From the human T2T-CHM13v2.0 reference genome, Homo sapiens: a stretch of DNA of 64,000 nt. The position numbers were made by a program, and so were the translations under genes. The DNA is taken from NCBI RefSeq assembly GCF_009914755.1, contig NC_060928.1; one strand, written 5' to 3'. The notes beneath the pieces are model-generated. The model was not told the DNA's origin. It searched no databases and saw only the letters and a list, made by a program, of their open reading frames with translations. Each line of letters starts with the position of its first letter. The stretch's first letter is position 1. Positions 13,921 to 25,777 of the stretch are shown piece after piece.

Positions 13921-14323
13921 AAAACATTATTACTTTTTGTCTGTGAGGGAGTTTCTGGAAGAGATTAGCATTTAAATCAGTATACTGAATAAAGAAGATC
14001 AACCTCAACAATGTGGGCAGACATCATCCAATCTGTTTGGGGCCCAAATAGAAGAAAAATACAAGGTGGGGGGAAGGGTAAAGCTGCTCTCTGTTTGAGC
14101 TGGAACATCATCTTTTCTGCCCTCAGAAGCTTCTGGTTTTTAGGCCTTCACATTTGCGCAGAATTAAACCATCAGCTTTCCTGGTTCTTCAAGTTTGCAG
14201 ATGGCAGATCATGGGACTTCTTGGCCTTCATACTCCTGTGAGCCAATTACCATAATAAATCTTCTCAGGTTTATATGTGTGTATATATTTTTATACCCTA
14301 TTGGTTCTGCTTCTCTGAATACA
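13921..14323 (+). mobile_element. 3' LTR of ERV-L (MLT2), first ~60 nt missing
   Basis: aaaacattatt…gtctgtgagggagtttctggaagagattagcattt…cctattggttctgcttctctgaataca. Confidence 0.87.
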
Positions 14324-14599
14324 TGGACTGAATGAATAAATGAATGAATGCCATCTGCTTTTAGACTCACTGTGAAGATAAATTTCTCAGTTACCACATG
14401 ACTCATAAACACCAAGATTTAGCAGAAGAAAAAAATCCCATATAAAAATCTTTTAAAAATGTGTTCAAAATGGCAAGAATTTGTTCTTGCATTTCAGAAA
14501 AGTCAACGAAGAGCATTTGAAACCTTCTCCATCCCCCTGTTGTACTTCTTGTATGTGCTTCTAGCATTGCATATATGGTTTTGTGGTTTTATCAGTGAC

Positions 14600-15730
14600 T
14601 TATTCTCCTTATTGAACAAATATTTATTGAGGGTCCTATGTGTAAGTCACTCCACTAGGCACAGGCAAAAATGGAAATATCTCTGTCTTCAGTATCTTTT
14701 ATATCAGTGGAGGATGAATACATTAAACAAGAATAAATACATAGAATAAGCAGTGTTTTAGATAGTGATAAGTGCCAAGGAAAAATAAAGCAGGTGAGGG
14801 GGCTTGGAAGGGGATGTGAACGTAAGTATGGGGTGAAGTTACTATTTTACATGTAATGGCCAGGGAAGGCATCAATGAAGTGACATTTGAGCAAAGTCAG
14901 AAAGGAAGGAAGGAAGGACCCCTCCATGACCAAGCAGGAGATTCCACAGAGAGAACTGTAACAATACATAGTGGTGAGGGATGGGTCATGTAATGACATT
15001 TACTCTCAGTGAGACAGGATGTCATTGGAGGATTCGAAGCAGGACAGTGGCATGATCTGACAGATTTTAAGGTGATAACCCTGTCTGCAGAGTTAAGAAT
15101 ATACTGTGAGGGGCAAAGGTAGATGCAGATATCAGTTATAAGGCCTTTGAAATAACCTAGATAAAAGATGATGGTGGCTTAGACCAGTTCACAGCAGTGG
15201 AAGTTTTGAGAAGTGGTTGGATACTGCATATCTTGTGATGATAAAGCCAATAGGATTTGGGAACACATTAGATGAACATTATAAGAGAAAAAGAAAGGCT
15301 AAAAATAATCTGAAGGTCTTTAACACAAATGACTGGAAGAATGGAGTTTCCATTGCCTGAGATAATGAAGACTACATATGGAACAGGTTTTGAAAGGAAT
15401 TCCAGGAGGCTTTGAGTATGTTAAGTTTGAGATGCTCCTACACACAGAGATGTCAAGTGGGCAGTTAGACATGAGTTCGGTGTTCAGGACTGGAGATACA
15501 AATTTGGATGTCATCAGCATTCAGATGACATCAAAACTCGGAGCTTAAATGGGCTCACCAAAGAAATGAATAATGGATAGAAAACAGAAATTGAAATCCC
15601 GAGTCTTGGAACACTCTAAATATAGAGGTCATGGATGTGAGTAGAATCTAGCAGAGAAGAGTAGAAACTACAGAGAGAGAAAGTTAGGAGTAAAACCAAG
15701 GAACTGTGGTGTCCTAGAAGCTTAAAATTA
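14600..15730 (-). mobile_element. L2 LINE 3' fragment
   Basis: aacaaatatttattgag…tatgtg terminus and typical L2 tracts (taagtttgagatgc, tggagatacaaatttggatgtcatcagcat). Confidence 0.75.
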
Positions 15731-15864
15731 AATACATATTTCAAATAGATGATCAAAATTATGAGGTTGATTTATGAAATACTCACCTTTGTCTCTTGTC
15801 TTTCCCCATCATCTACCTCCAGTCATCAGAGCTGTTTTGGTTATTTCTACAAAATATATCCATG

Positions 15865-16470
15865 TAAGTGAATGTTCTGTCAGAGAAGCAGAGGTAATAT
15901 AAATGATATTGAGTAAGATATTTATTGCAGGGATTGGACCTTACGCAACTGTGGGAGCTTGAAAGATGTCTATGCAAATTTGTTGCCATGCAACTAAGGC
16001 TAGCTGAAAGCCACTAGTATCAGCAGAACTGAAAGTTGTAAAGAAAATCTATCTGTGGACTTGGGGTTGGCTGGGACAAACTGGATATTTTGGACCCCAA
16101 AAGACAATCTCTATCTACATCTGTCTCTAGCCACCTCCAACGTCAACAACACAAGTGAAAATGCAGTAGTTCCTGGCACTCTTCACATTTATACATGCAC
16201 ATTCTAAGAGGATTAAGAAGATCTCCCAGGAGTGGAGGGAACTTCAGATGCAGCTGCTGCCACAAATCAGTAAGGTGAGCTAGCAGATCAGCAAGGAGCA
16301 GGAGCAAAAACAGAACCTGGTTCCATACACTGATCTTCAATGTGTAATAAAGCTGCCCTTTTAATTTTTTTCTTCCAAATCTCATGAAGACTTCTCTTCC
16401 AGCCAACCCTAATTCAGAACCATAAAAGGAAGAGATTTCCAGGAAACACAAGTTTCACAAGATGACACAG
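15865..16470. mobile_element. Old LTR relic (MaLR/ERVL-like), subfamily unresolved
   Basis: atttattgcagggattggaccttacgcaactgtgggagc near one end and ggaagagatttccaggaaacacaagttt…tgacaca at the other resemble ancient LTR termini. Confidence 0.4.
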
Positions 16471-17192
16471 TATAAAACAACTCCAATCCAGAATCTGCCA
16501 AAGTAAAATAAAGACTGAGAGTTAGCTACTGTGATTGTTGCAGTATATCTAGGATCAGGTTTTGATTTCCCTGAAACCAAGGAGTAACTGCTTGTGTACC
16601 TTTTGTATTGTACTTCATATTGTATTCTACAATGACCATCTCAATAGGAAAAGATTTTTCCCATCTTGGTATCCCTACTATTTGTGTGGTTTAGTATCTT
16701 CAGTACAAATTTGTTGAATAACTAAGGTTCCTTCAAATTTTACTTTTCTATGATTCCAAATAAAGATGTTTTCTACTACTAAACAATACAATATTGGTGA
16801 GAAATGAACAATTAAAATAGATCTTGAAATAATTCTCATGTATCAGGTTAGTGAATATACTCCTCCATTATGCTTAGACTGCAACATTCATATTTAAAGT
16901 TAGTTCAGAAAAAAAGATAACTTATGAAAGAATCAGAGACAAAAGACTGTCAGTAGTCTGAAGGAAAATGAAGGCTCTCAAAGGAATAACAATAATGTGT
17001 CTCTATTATATATGATTTGCTGGAAATGATATAAAGAATAAATCCACAGTCACATACTCCAATCCTTGTTTCACCTGAGCACCCATTATTTTGCTTCTAC
17101 AAGTTATTGGGGATATAATAACAAGCAAATAAGTCATGGGCCCACAACTGGCTTATAGCCTAGTGGGATTTAAAGACTTAGGGAAAAGCTTG

Positions 17193-17744
17193 TGTAATAG
17201 GCAGAATTCAAATAACCCTCACCCTTGTATAATCCCCTCCTTTTCAATGTAGTTAGAACCTGTTACCATAGTACATAATACATTTTACCTGAGTGAATAG
17301 TTATGTTATATGGCACAGTTGACCTCAAGATAGGGAGATTATCAGGGTGGGCCTATTAATAAAATAATCATATGACACTTTTACAGGCAGAGAGTTTTCT
17401 CTGGTTAGTGGAAGAAGAACTAACAGATTTGGAGCATGAAGATTTGAAGCTGCTGTTGTTGGCTGACAATGGGGGGAGCTGTGTGTCAACAAATAGAGAC
17501 TTAATCCTACAACTGCAAGAAACTAAATTTTGAACAATGAGCCTGGGAGTGGATCTATGCCCCAGAGCCTCCAGATGAGAACTCAGCCTAAATAACACCT
17601 TGATTTCAGGCCTGTGATATTGAACAAAGAACTAGCCACACCTTGCTAGACTTGACCTACAGAACTGTGATCTAACAAGCTGACATTTATTTTCAGCCAT
17701 TTTGTTTGTGGTAACTTGCTATGCAGCAATAGAAAACTAATGCA
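17193..17744 (+). mobile_element. MaLR solo LTR (MLT1E-like)
   Basis: TGTAATAGGCAGAAT start and …gtggtaacttgctatgcagcaatagaaaactaatgca end. Perfect 5-bp TSD GCTTG at 17188-17192 and 17745-17749. Confidence 0.88.
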
Positions 17745-17749
17745 GCTTG

Positions 17750-18170
17750 CCTCCGCTCCACATGGCTGGCTGGAGTATACAGATTGAGAGCTGAAGGTTC
17801 TATTTCCAAGATGGCTCACCTACACGGTTGGCAAATTGGTGCTCATTGTATGTGGGATGATAATGGCTGGAGGCTTCACTTTCTCTTCATATGGGCCTTT
17901 ACACAGGCTGCTTGGCTTCCCTACAGCAGGTGGCTAATTTCCAAGAGCAAGAGTCCCAAGAGAACAAGGAGAAAATAAATGGCAGCTTTATGACCTAGCC
18001 TAGGAAACTACATAACATAATTTTCATCATATTCTGTTGGTTAAGGCCATCACAAAGGTCTGTTAAGGCTTAAGAGGGAGAAACATAACTTACCACTCAA
18101 TCAGAGCATCTTCAACATCACATTGTAAGAAATGTATGAGATGTGATGCTTGTGATAGCCATATTTGAAA
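17750..18170 (-). mobile_element. Older MLT1 LTR fragment (MLT1G/H-like)
   Basis: ttccaagatggctcac…ggttggcaaattggtgct and tttatgacctagcct…attctgttggt tracts. Confidence 0.6.
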
Positions 18171-19594
18171 CATATGATTACATGGTGATGTAATGACTCA
18201 CTCCCATCTCAATATCCATTGTTTTTAAATTGTTAACATTTGAGGGAAAGTTGAAAATGATGACAGTGCAAAAAAATTTAAAAAAAAAAGCATTGTTACA
18301 TCCAGTGTAGGTCAGGGATATGAATGTGTTTGAATAATAAATCCCAGAATAATAAATGTCAAGAACACCTGCTAACTTTAATATTAACTTAAATTTCGAG
18401 AAAACTCCCAAGATGTTAAAAATAGGCAGTGAGAATAAAAATTGGGAGCTATTTGAATATAAATGTGCTATTTTAACCTTAGTTAACTTGAAAAAATTGA
18501 AATATACCACAAGTGTTTTCTTGAACACTTAATGTTTGTAACATTAATAATAGTCACATTTCATACATTGCATATTTTGCTTTCCTTGATATGTAAATGC
18601 TAAGAAACTATAAAACTATTATTCACCCAGATATAAACTGCAGGCAGTTTTTCTATTACAGAGTTAAGTGTATGATTTTGGCTTTTTTTTCCAGAAAATG
18701 AAAAAGTTCAATATTGTTTTTATTTACAGAATATCATGATAAATAAATATAAAAAGCCATAACATTAGTCCTTAAGATGATCTAGACTGCATAAATATAT
18801 ACAAATTATTCCTCTTCATCTTCTATACTTGGATGATTAAAAATAATTGAATCTCACTACTAAGTGAACCAGACATAAGGAAACCACACTTCAATTCATG
18901 AAAGCATATGCATTCATTTCTAAAGTTAAAATTTTGGTCGAATAATGTATAGATTTGTCAAAATAAAAATGACTTCCATTTTATATAACGTCATAAGCCT
19001 AGAATTTCACAATTATAAGAGAAGCTTTATATAAATGACAAAAACTAGGAAATGCATTTTTCACATTTTAATTACAATTCACATGTCTGTATCTCCTGCT
19101 GTGATGTTTTGCCAAAAAGAGATCTCATTTGTGAAACTGCCAGTATAGAAAGTGACAGATGGTAAGACCAGTTTCCAACCTGCTATAGTACTGGTTTAAT
19201 ATGGTTTAGATTATTTTATTAGCATTGTTTACTTTTATTATATATCTAAGTAGTACCAGAATACTATTACAGTTTGTTTCATTTCTTCTATGGTTATAAC
19301 TGTATCTATTTATATGATTTATATACCTGATTTAGTTTTAGTTTCAGATTTTATCAATACACTATTTTTAGGTACGGTTTAACTGATGTTTTATTTTAAA
19401 AATAGGACAAAATGTCCTATTCATTTTGATAAAATGTCTACAACCCACATAGATACCTAGGGACAATCATAATAGAAAAACTCAAAAGCCCAATTAAAAG
19501 AAAATCACTTTGATTATATAACCCATAGCCATCAAGAAATTAATCAATTAATTGGGTTAACTTTTTAAAAATATTACAATCAGAAAAAATAGTA

Positions 19595-20024
19595 CAACAG
19601 TTCACCCTTATCCACAGTTTTACTTTCTGCTGTTTCAGCTACCTGAGGAACGTTGCAGTCCAAAAATACTAAACAGAAAATTCCAAAAATAAACAATTCA
19701 TAAGTTTTAAATTGTGTGCCATTTTGAGTAATGTGATAAAATCTCAGTCCTTCCCACTCCATACGCCGGGACGTGAGTCATCCCTTTGTCCAGCATAGCC
19801 AGCTGTACATACTACCTGCTTGTTAGTCATTTAGTAGCCCTCTTGGTTATCAGAGCGCACACGCACACACACACACACACAAATATATATGTGTGTGTGT
19901 ATGTATGTGTATATATAAATGTTTTTATTCCGTGTGTGTGTGTATGTGTGTGATATTATCTATGGTTTCAGACATTCACTGGGAGTCTTTGAACATATCC
20001 CCCAAGGATAAAAGAGAACTACTG
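19595..20024 (+). mobile_element. MER44A-like TcMar-Tigger non-autonomous element with internal microsatellite
   Basis: Terminal inverted repeats caacagttcacccttatcc / ggataaaagagaactactg, TA on both sides (19593-4, 20025-6). CA/TG repeats at 19856-19951. Confidence 0.88.
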
Positions 20025-20094
20025 TATTCAAACATAAAAAGTATTCCATGTGAAAGCATGAAATCCTAAAGTTATTTTCCCAAAGACCTCATTA

Positions 20095-20250
<156 letters not shown>

Positions 20251-23200
20251 AAGAGAAACAAAGATGTGAAAATGATATAAAAGTTTCTAATGGTGAATCT
20301 GTTTACAAAATTTTTTGTTTTATGTTAATAAACATTATTTTAACTCAGTTTTCCTCCCTTAATAAACAGAGAGGCTTAAATTCAGAGAACATTAATGTTA
20401 GCTCTTGCCTCCTTTCACTACATTTCACCACTTAAATGTGAAAAATGCATTTCCTAGTTTTTGTCATTTATATAAAGCTACTCTTATATTGTGAAATTCT
20501 GGGCTCATGGCGTTATGTAAAATGGAAATCATTTTTATTTTGACAAATCTATACACTATTCGAAATTTTTTCAGCTCCCTAAACTGGGTAGTCTTCCTGG
20601 AAATTCAAGATTACTTCAGTTGCTGGGTAAGAGATGCCTCTCCATGTCCTCTATTATCCATCCTCTTAGCCCACAAAATGGGCTTAGAATTACATCATTT
20701 GGTAAATCCGGGACATGATAGCCAAGATACAAGGATAGTGGCTTACATTCACCTTTATAGTCTTGCTCCCAAGTATGTCCTACAGCATGAATCCTAGGTG
20801 TCTTGTGGAGTTTCCAGACCAAAGACAGCTCATGCAGTGAGTGCTTTGACCCAGTCACCTGAGTTTAGCTTCTGCCTAGATTTCCACATGAATAGATCTT
20901 GCTGTCCTGCCACTGGGCAGAATTTCCACAGCAAAAAGACAATTTACCAAGTATAGTCACCACTATCAGATATCTGAAGAATAATTTTATTTAAAGTCTT
21001 GTCTACTGTGCCTTGTCTACCTGGAAACTTGCCCAGCTAAGAGTTTTCTACATTAAGATTGAGTTTTTCTGTGCTCTCTGGACCTAGAACTGCAGCTGAG
21101 TCCATCTGCACATCTCCTATCTCACACTTTCTCATCAGTCCTTGTCTTGAACTAAGTGCCAGTTTTAGCCTTGATGTCAATTAACTAGTCCTGTCGCTCT
21201 AAGGTACTAATGATGCCACTTTCATATTACAAAAGTCATCACAGAAGGATAATTTACTTCTTAGTAATATGAAAGAAATCCAGAATGCTAATAACATATG
21301 CGTAATATTTTCTTGAATTTTTGTATTCCATTAGGCTAAAACAACTAGGGGAAATGGTCTTCATATATTTTTTCATAATGATTGGCTAATCACGATAGAG
21401 TATAAAGTAAATCAAAGAAACATAAAATAGCTTGGAAAGAACAAAAGAAATGCAATTTAAAAATGTTTAATGACACTCCACCTACAAACATTGTTTTACA
21501 AATGTATTAAAGTTAATTCTCTTTCTAAAATGTCTTAGACTAGTAATAGGGTTGGGGAAAAAAATCTCCCTTTCCTTCCCTGGGCTATAATTTTACTTTT
21601 TAGGTATGACTACTGAGGAATTTCTAATTTGGCTCATCACTTCAGTGGGAATTCAGTGCACATAAGGGGCACATATGTAATTGGCAACCTAATTTTTCTG
21701 CTTTCATCAAATGGTGCAATGCCAAATCTTCATTGAACTTGCCAGTTAAATGCACTTGGGAACCAAACAGCAGCAAGCATACATGAGATTAAAATGAACA
21801 AATTGGAAAGAGTCATTAACTTTTTCTGTTTTCCTATCACAACAAAAATTGTATCATTGAAAGTGTTGCAAAGTGGGGAATTCTACTTGAAACATTAAAC
21901 AATCTTAAAAGAGAATAATTCATTTACTTAACTTCTAAAATGTGGTTCATTATAATTTATAAATGGGGTTTCTAGTGCAGATTTTTTTCAACAAAAATAC
22001 AAAATCATTAAAATGAATAAACTTTTCAGGAGTATGTTTTAAGTTATATGTTTCACATGTCTTTCTGGTCTAGTGCATATAAATTCTAGCCTTTATTTGG
22101 AAAGAAAAATTGTCAGAAAATTAAGCAAGAAATGTTGGCTTCCTGTAATACCGTAATGAATAAAGGCAATTGACAGCTTTTCATGGTTCTCAGTAATTAT
22201 GAATGGAACTGAGAGTGTAAAAATTACTATCATTTGTGGTTACCAAAAATGCCCTTGAAATATCTGGTCTAATATATAATTTTGAAGTATGCAATATACA
22301 GTCATAATCAAATTATTGTTATTAATGACAATTAAATAGAGAACCAGGACACTGAAAACACCACAAACTTGCTGAATATGATTGAGTATCATCCCTTTAG
22401 GAGGACATAACCTTTTAAAATGTCTGTTTACGGCTCTCAAACCACCTATGTATTCACTAGATGCAAATGTTCAGTAATATCTCCTCTACAAAATTTCGTT
22501 TTACAATGACACCAGGTTTCTTTCAGAAAGGACTGTGTAGGAAAGTTTTCTTTTTCCATTTATGAGTTCAAGTATGTTAAGACTTTTTAAATTGTTGACC
22601 AGCCCTAAAAAACATTAACATTTCATAAATCGCTCTTGCATTGTAAAAAGAAGGAGGGAGGTAGAAGAAAAATGCCAAAGGATTGTAGGTCAGCTTATTT
22701 CATAAACAAAAGCTCTAAGGAAAGTCCTGAGATTTTTAAGTAAGCCAGGCCTTCTGAATGGGACATGATATGGACAGTAGAATAAGACAGATTGAGTTCC
22801 ATTGACATTACTTATTCTTTGTATGATCTTAGGTTATCTACACACACTTTCAAAATTTAACTTTCTTGGTCTGTAAAATTGAGGAAATAATAATAGCTGT
22901 CCCATAGGGCACACTATCAATCCCAATATGCTTTGTTAGTCCATTCATTTTTCCAGTGCTTAATCAAAGAAGCTTTAATGGCCTATATACTTATATTATT
23001 GATATATTCACGCACCTGTCCCAACTTGCTGTCCTTTCCAATATCACTTTGTTTTTATCACACTCCTTAATATCACTTCTTTGTTAGGTCTTGATCACAT
23101 GCTTAAATCATTTTTAATGTTTGCTAAACTCTGTATGAGAGATTGAAGAATTACGAGACAGGAACATCAATGTGAAAGGGTAAAATATGTGGAGAATATA

Positions 23201-23493
23201 TAAGGTGCCAGCATATGACAAAACCCTAAAGATGTACGATGGTCACAAGCCATGGAAGAAGATAGGACAACTGAATTGTCAACCTTGCCGCCTCCTCCGT
23301 AGCCTCCTAAATCTTATCTTCCTTTTGTCTAATTTATGAAAAATGTTTCCTATAATTGTCTCCCAAAAGCAGAGTTGTCCCCATGCTGTAATATACATTG
23401 ACCACTCAGATTCATTTAAAAAATACATCTTGCTTTTATTCCCAATATAACCACATTTCAGAAGTTAGATCATAGCCAGTTAGATTACACAGA

Positions 23494-23527
23494 GCGTGCG
23501 CACGCGCACGCGCACACACAAACACAC
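23494..23527. repeat. Alternating GC/CA tract (Z-DNA-prone)
   Basis: gcgtgcgcacgcgcacgcgcacacacaaacacac. Confidence 0.85.
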
Positions 23528-23715
23528 CTTGAAAAAACTGTAGATCACTTGATTTCTGGAAGTTTTTCTCAATACCTCAGTGCACCTGATCACAACATCT
23601 TGTAATCTGGGCAGAAGGTAAGGGAGGTGATGTTAGGCGTACAAACTTAATATTGGGGATGCATTTTCTACCTAGAAATGGTCCTACATTCTACCAGAAT
23701 GGGTTAAAAACAGAT

Positions 23716-23720
23716 GCGCG

Positions 23721-23751
<31 letters not shown>

Positions 23752-23752
23752 A
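23716..23752. repeat. (GC)7(AC)11 compound microsatellite
   Basis: Read directly. Confidence 0.96.
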
Positions 23753-24609
23753 GAATTAAATGCACTACATTTGCTGTATTGCCTGCTAAAGGCATAAATA
23801 TACTGGAGTGGAGATAAAGAAGGGGATGGATGGGAAAGAGTTCAGTACTTAGTGTAAACCTGAAAGGAAATGAGGCAGTGCAAGGGGAGAGAGGATCAGG
23901 GGAAAATAAATTATGTAGGCAACAGAACCATGCATCAAAAGTCTTTTCGATTTCTAAACTGGCAAATTTTCTCCAGGGGACCATCAGTCAAATGATGTCA
24001 AATTGAGCTGATTCTCTTGTAATGCCTGTATTGTGTAGGGCCTTCCTTGTAGGAACACAAGTTCCACTCTCGGACACAGTCGCAGTGCTTGCATTATCTT
24101 ACAGAATTGATTGCTGCAAATGGTTCCTGGGAGGTGTGACCTGCTTAAAGGAAAGAAGCTAGGTTTCTTTTCTTGTTACTGAGGAATGAAGACACTTGTC
24201 AGGATGTGAATTGTGTGGGTGAGAAGGAAAAGCGGCGAAAGAATCTGGTAATTCCTTCCCTTACAGGAGGAAGAGAAAAAAGATAACATCGGAACCTTGG
24301 AGAGGAGAAATACAGTGCATTTATTTCCAGCATCCCCGCAGTCACTTCACGTCTCTTCAGACTTCCCCTATTCTTTAGTCTTGACCTGCCTATGCACTTG
24401 AACTCCACATAAGCACTAGGATGGACTGGGGGAAAAGGCCAGGTCAGCACGGTGGGATACTGCTTCCCCTAAAATGAAAACTCAGCAGCGGGCCAGCAGT
24501 GGGTGTGCGCGCGTCGATGCCAGAGGATGCGTGCGTGGAATCCGGCGGACGCAGTGGGCCGGGCACCGCCCTCCAAGCCGCCCCGCCCAGCCCACCACAC
24601 TCCTCCTTG

Positions 24610-24616
24610 TATAAAG
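24610..24616 (+). promoter_or_regulatory. TATA box candidate
   Basis: TATAAAG between two GC boxes. Predicts a start near 24640. Confidence 0.55.
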
Positions 24617-24639
24617 GCCGCGCTTGGGCCCGCCCTCCT

Positions 24640-25078
24640 CACAGCCCCGGAGCGCGGCCTGCCGGGGAGGTGGATCTCGCGCTCCCCACACAGTCACACT
24701 CCGCGCACTCACACACTTGGAAGCGCCTCCCCACGTCCCTCCCCTGCCCTCCTCTTGCTCTGCTCTTCTCTCCCTCACCACAAATAGTCGCCGACCTACT
24801 GCCAATCCGCCTCTCCTCTCTCTCTCTCTCTGTCTCAACATGACTGACTGGGAAGCGGTGGCTCGGGCAGAGCAGCTCCGCTGGCGCAGGCAGGAGGAGC
24901 AGGAGGATTATTAAATAACGCAGCTGGACTCTGTGCAACTGGGAGTGGAGAGGAGCCCAACAGCCGAGAAGGGGAGGGAGGGCAGAGGAGGGGGACCAGG
25001 AAGGACACCCCCGTGCCCCGAAGACATAAATCCCTGAGTGCCCGGGAGGAGCCTTAACAAGCGCACGGAGCCCTCAAG
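24640..25078 (+). other. CCSER1: Putative 5'-UTR first exon of a large gene (tentatively CCSER1/FAM190A); start approximate
   Basis: Lies in the CpG island and ends at the donor AAG|GTAGTA (25078/25079). Downstream L1 and LTR copies are antisense, as expected inside a + strand intron. The gene name rests only on recalling the exon end …aacaagcgcacggagccctcaag and needs BLAT confirmation. Confidence 0.55.
24840..24914 (+). CDS. Candidate 24-aa upstream ORF MTDWEAVARAEQLRWRRQEEQEDY
   Basis: Only ATG between the TATA box and the donor, A at -3, TAA at 24912-24914. Translation not shown. Confidence 0.3.
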   Translation: MTDWEAVARAEQLRWRRQEEQEDY

Positions 25079-25734
25079 GTAGTAACGCCCCTGGTGCCTC
25101 AGCGCTCAGCGGGTCGCGCGTCGCGTCGCCGCTTTGCGGGGCCGGCCGCAGGCGGACGCGGGGATGACCGCTCGGCAGGTGACCGCGCCGTGTCGGGGCC
25201 GCCTGCGAGCAGCGCGCGCCCAGGCCCGGCGTGCTCGGCGCAGAGACCTGGCCTTGCGGGCGGGGTGGGAAGGAGGCGGGCGGGCTCGCTCACCACCGGC
25301 CCGCGACTCCCAGTGCGCCGCGTGGCCATTTCCTCCACGCTGCTGCGTGGTTTGCTGCCTGCGGCCGCGGCGGCCGCTCCAGGGCGATGCGGAGCGCTGG
25401 CCAAGGCGGCGAGAGTTGGCGCAGGCTTCGGGTCGCTCCCCTTCCTCGCCACTCGCGTCCCGCAGGTAGAGGCGACCGGTCAGCGCTGGCGCCCCGGGCT
25501 GCGGGTGCTGAGGCGGGGACGGCGGCGAAGAGGGGGAAGGGGAGGAGGGGGCGGGGAGCCAGGGGCTCCCGGAGGAACCGCAGTGCGGGGCCGGGACCAC
25601 CTCTTGCCTCCGCCTGCTTGTCCTCTGGCGCCAGTTTCCTGGATTGGAAGCAAGACCCTGCCCAGAGGCAGCAGTAACGGCAGCGACTTAGATTGAACCA
25701 CTTGCTTTGTGGTGGAGCGTCAAGGGCCCCAGGT

Positions 25735-25777
25735 TGTGTGCGTGTGTGTGTGTGTGTGTGTGCGCGCGCGCGCGCGC
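25735..25777. repeat. (TG)n(GC)8 compound microsatellite
   Basis: Read directly. Reverse complement of the 23716 tract. Confidence 0.96.

Larger units (their letters stand above)
10499..14323 (+). mobile_element. Internally deleted ERV-L provirus (MLT2-type LTRs plus pol remnant)
   Basis: 5' LTR from 10499, internal pol remnant, 3' LTR ending …aataca at 14323. Identical 5-bp TSD TGGAC at 10494-10498 and 14324-14328. The joined flanks rebuild an L2 3' terminus. Confidence 0.9.

Noticed and set aside
20600-21200. Moderately GC-richer blocks (also ~1240-1640 and ~34590-34860) as possible exons
   Set aside because: No coherent splice-site/ORF combination. More likely very old LTR-type relics that I cannot classify by eye.
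24443-24497. Possible REST/RE1 sites (gtcagcacggtgggatac; ctcagcagcgggccagc)
   Set aside because: Only the left half resembles TCAGCACC. The right half or spacing does not fit GGACAG.
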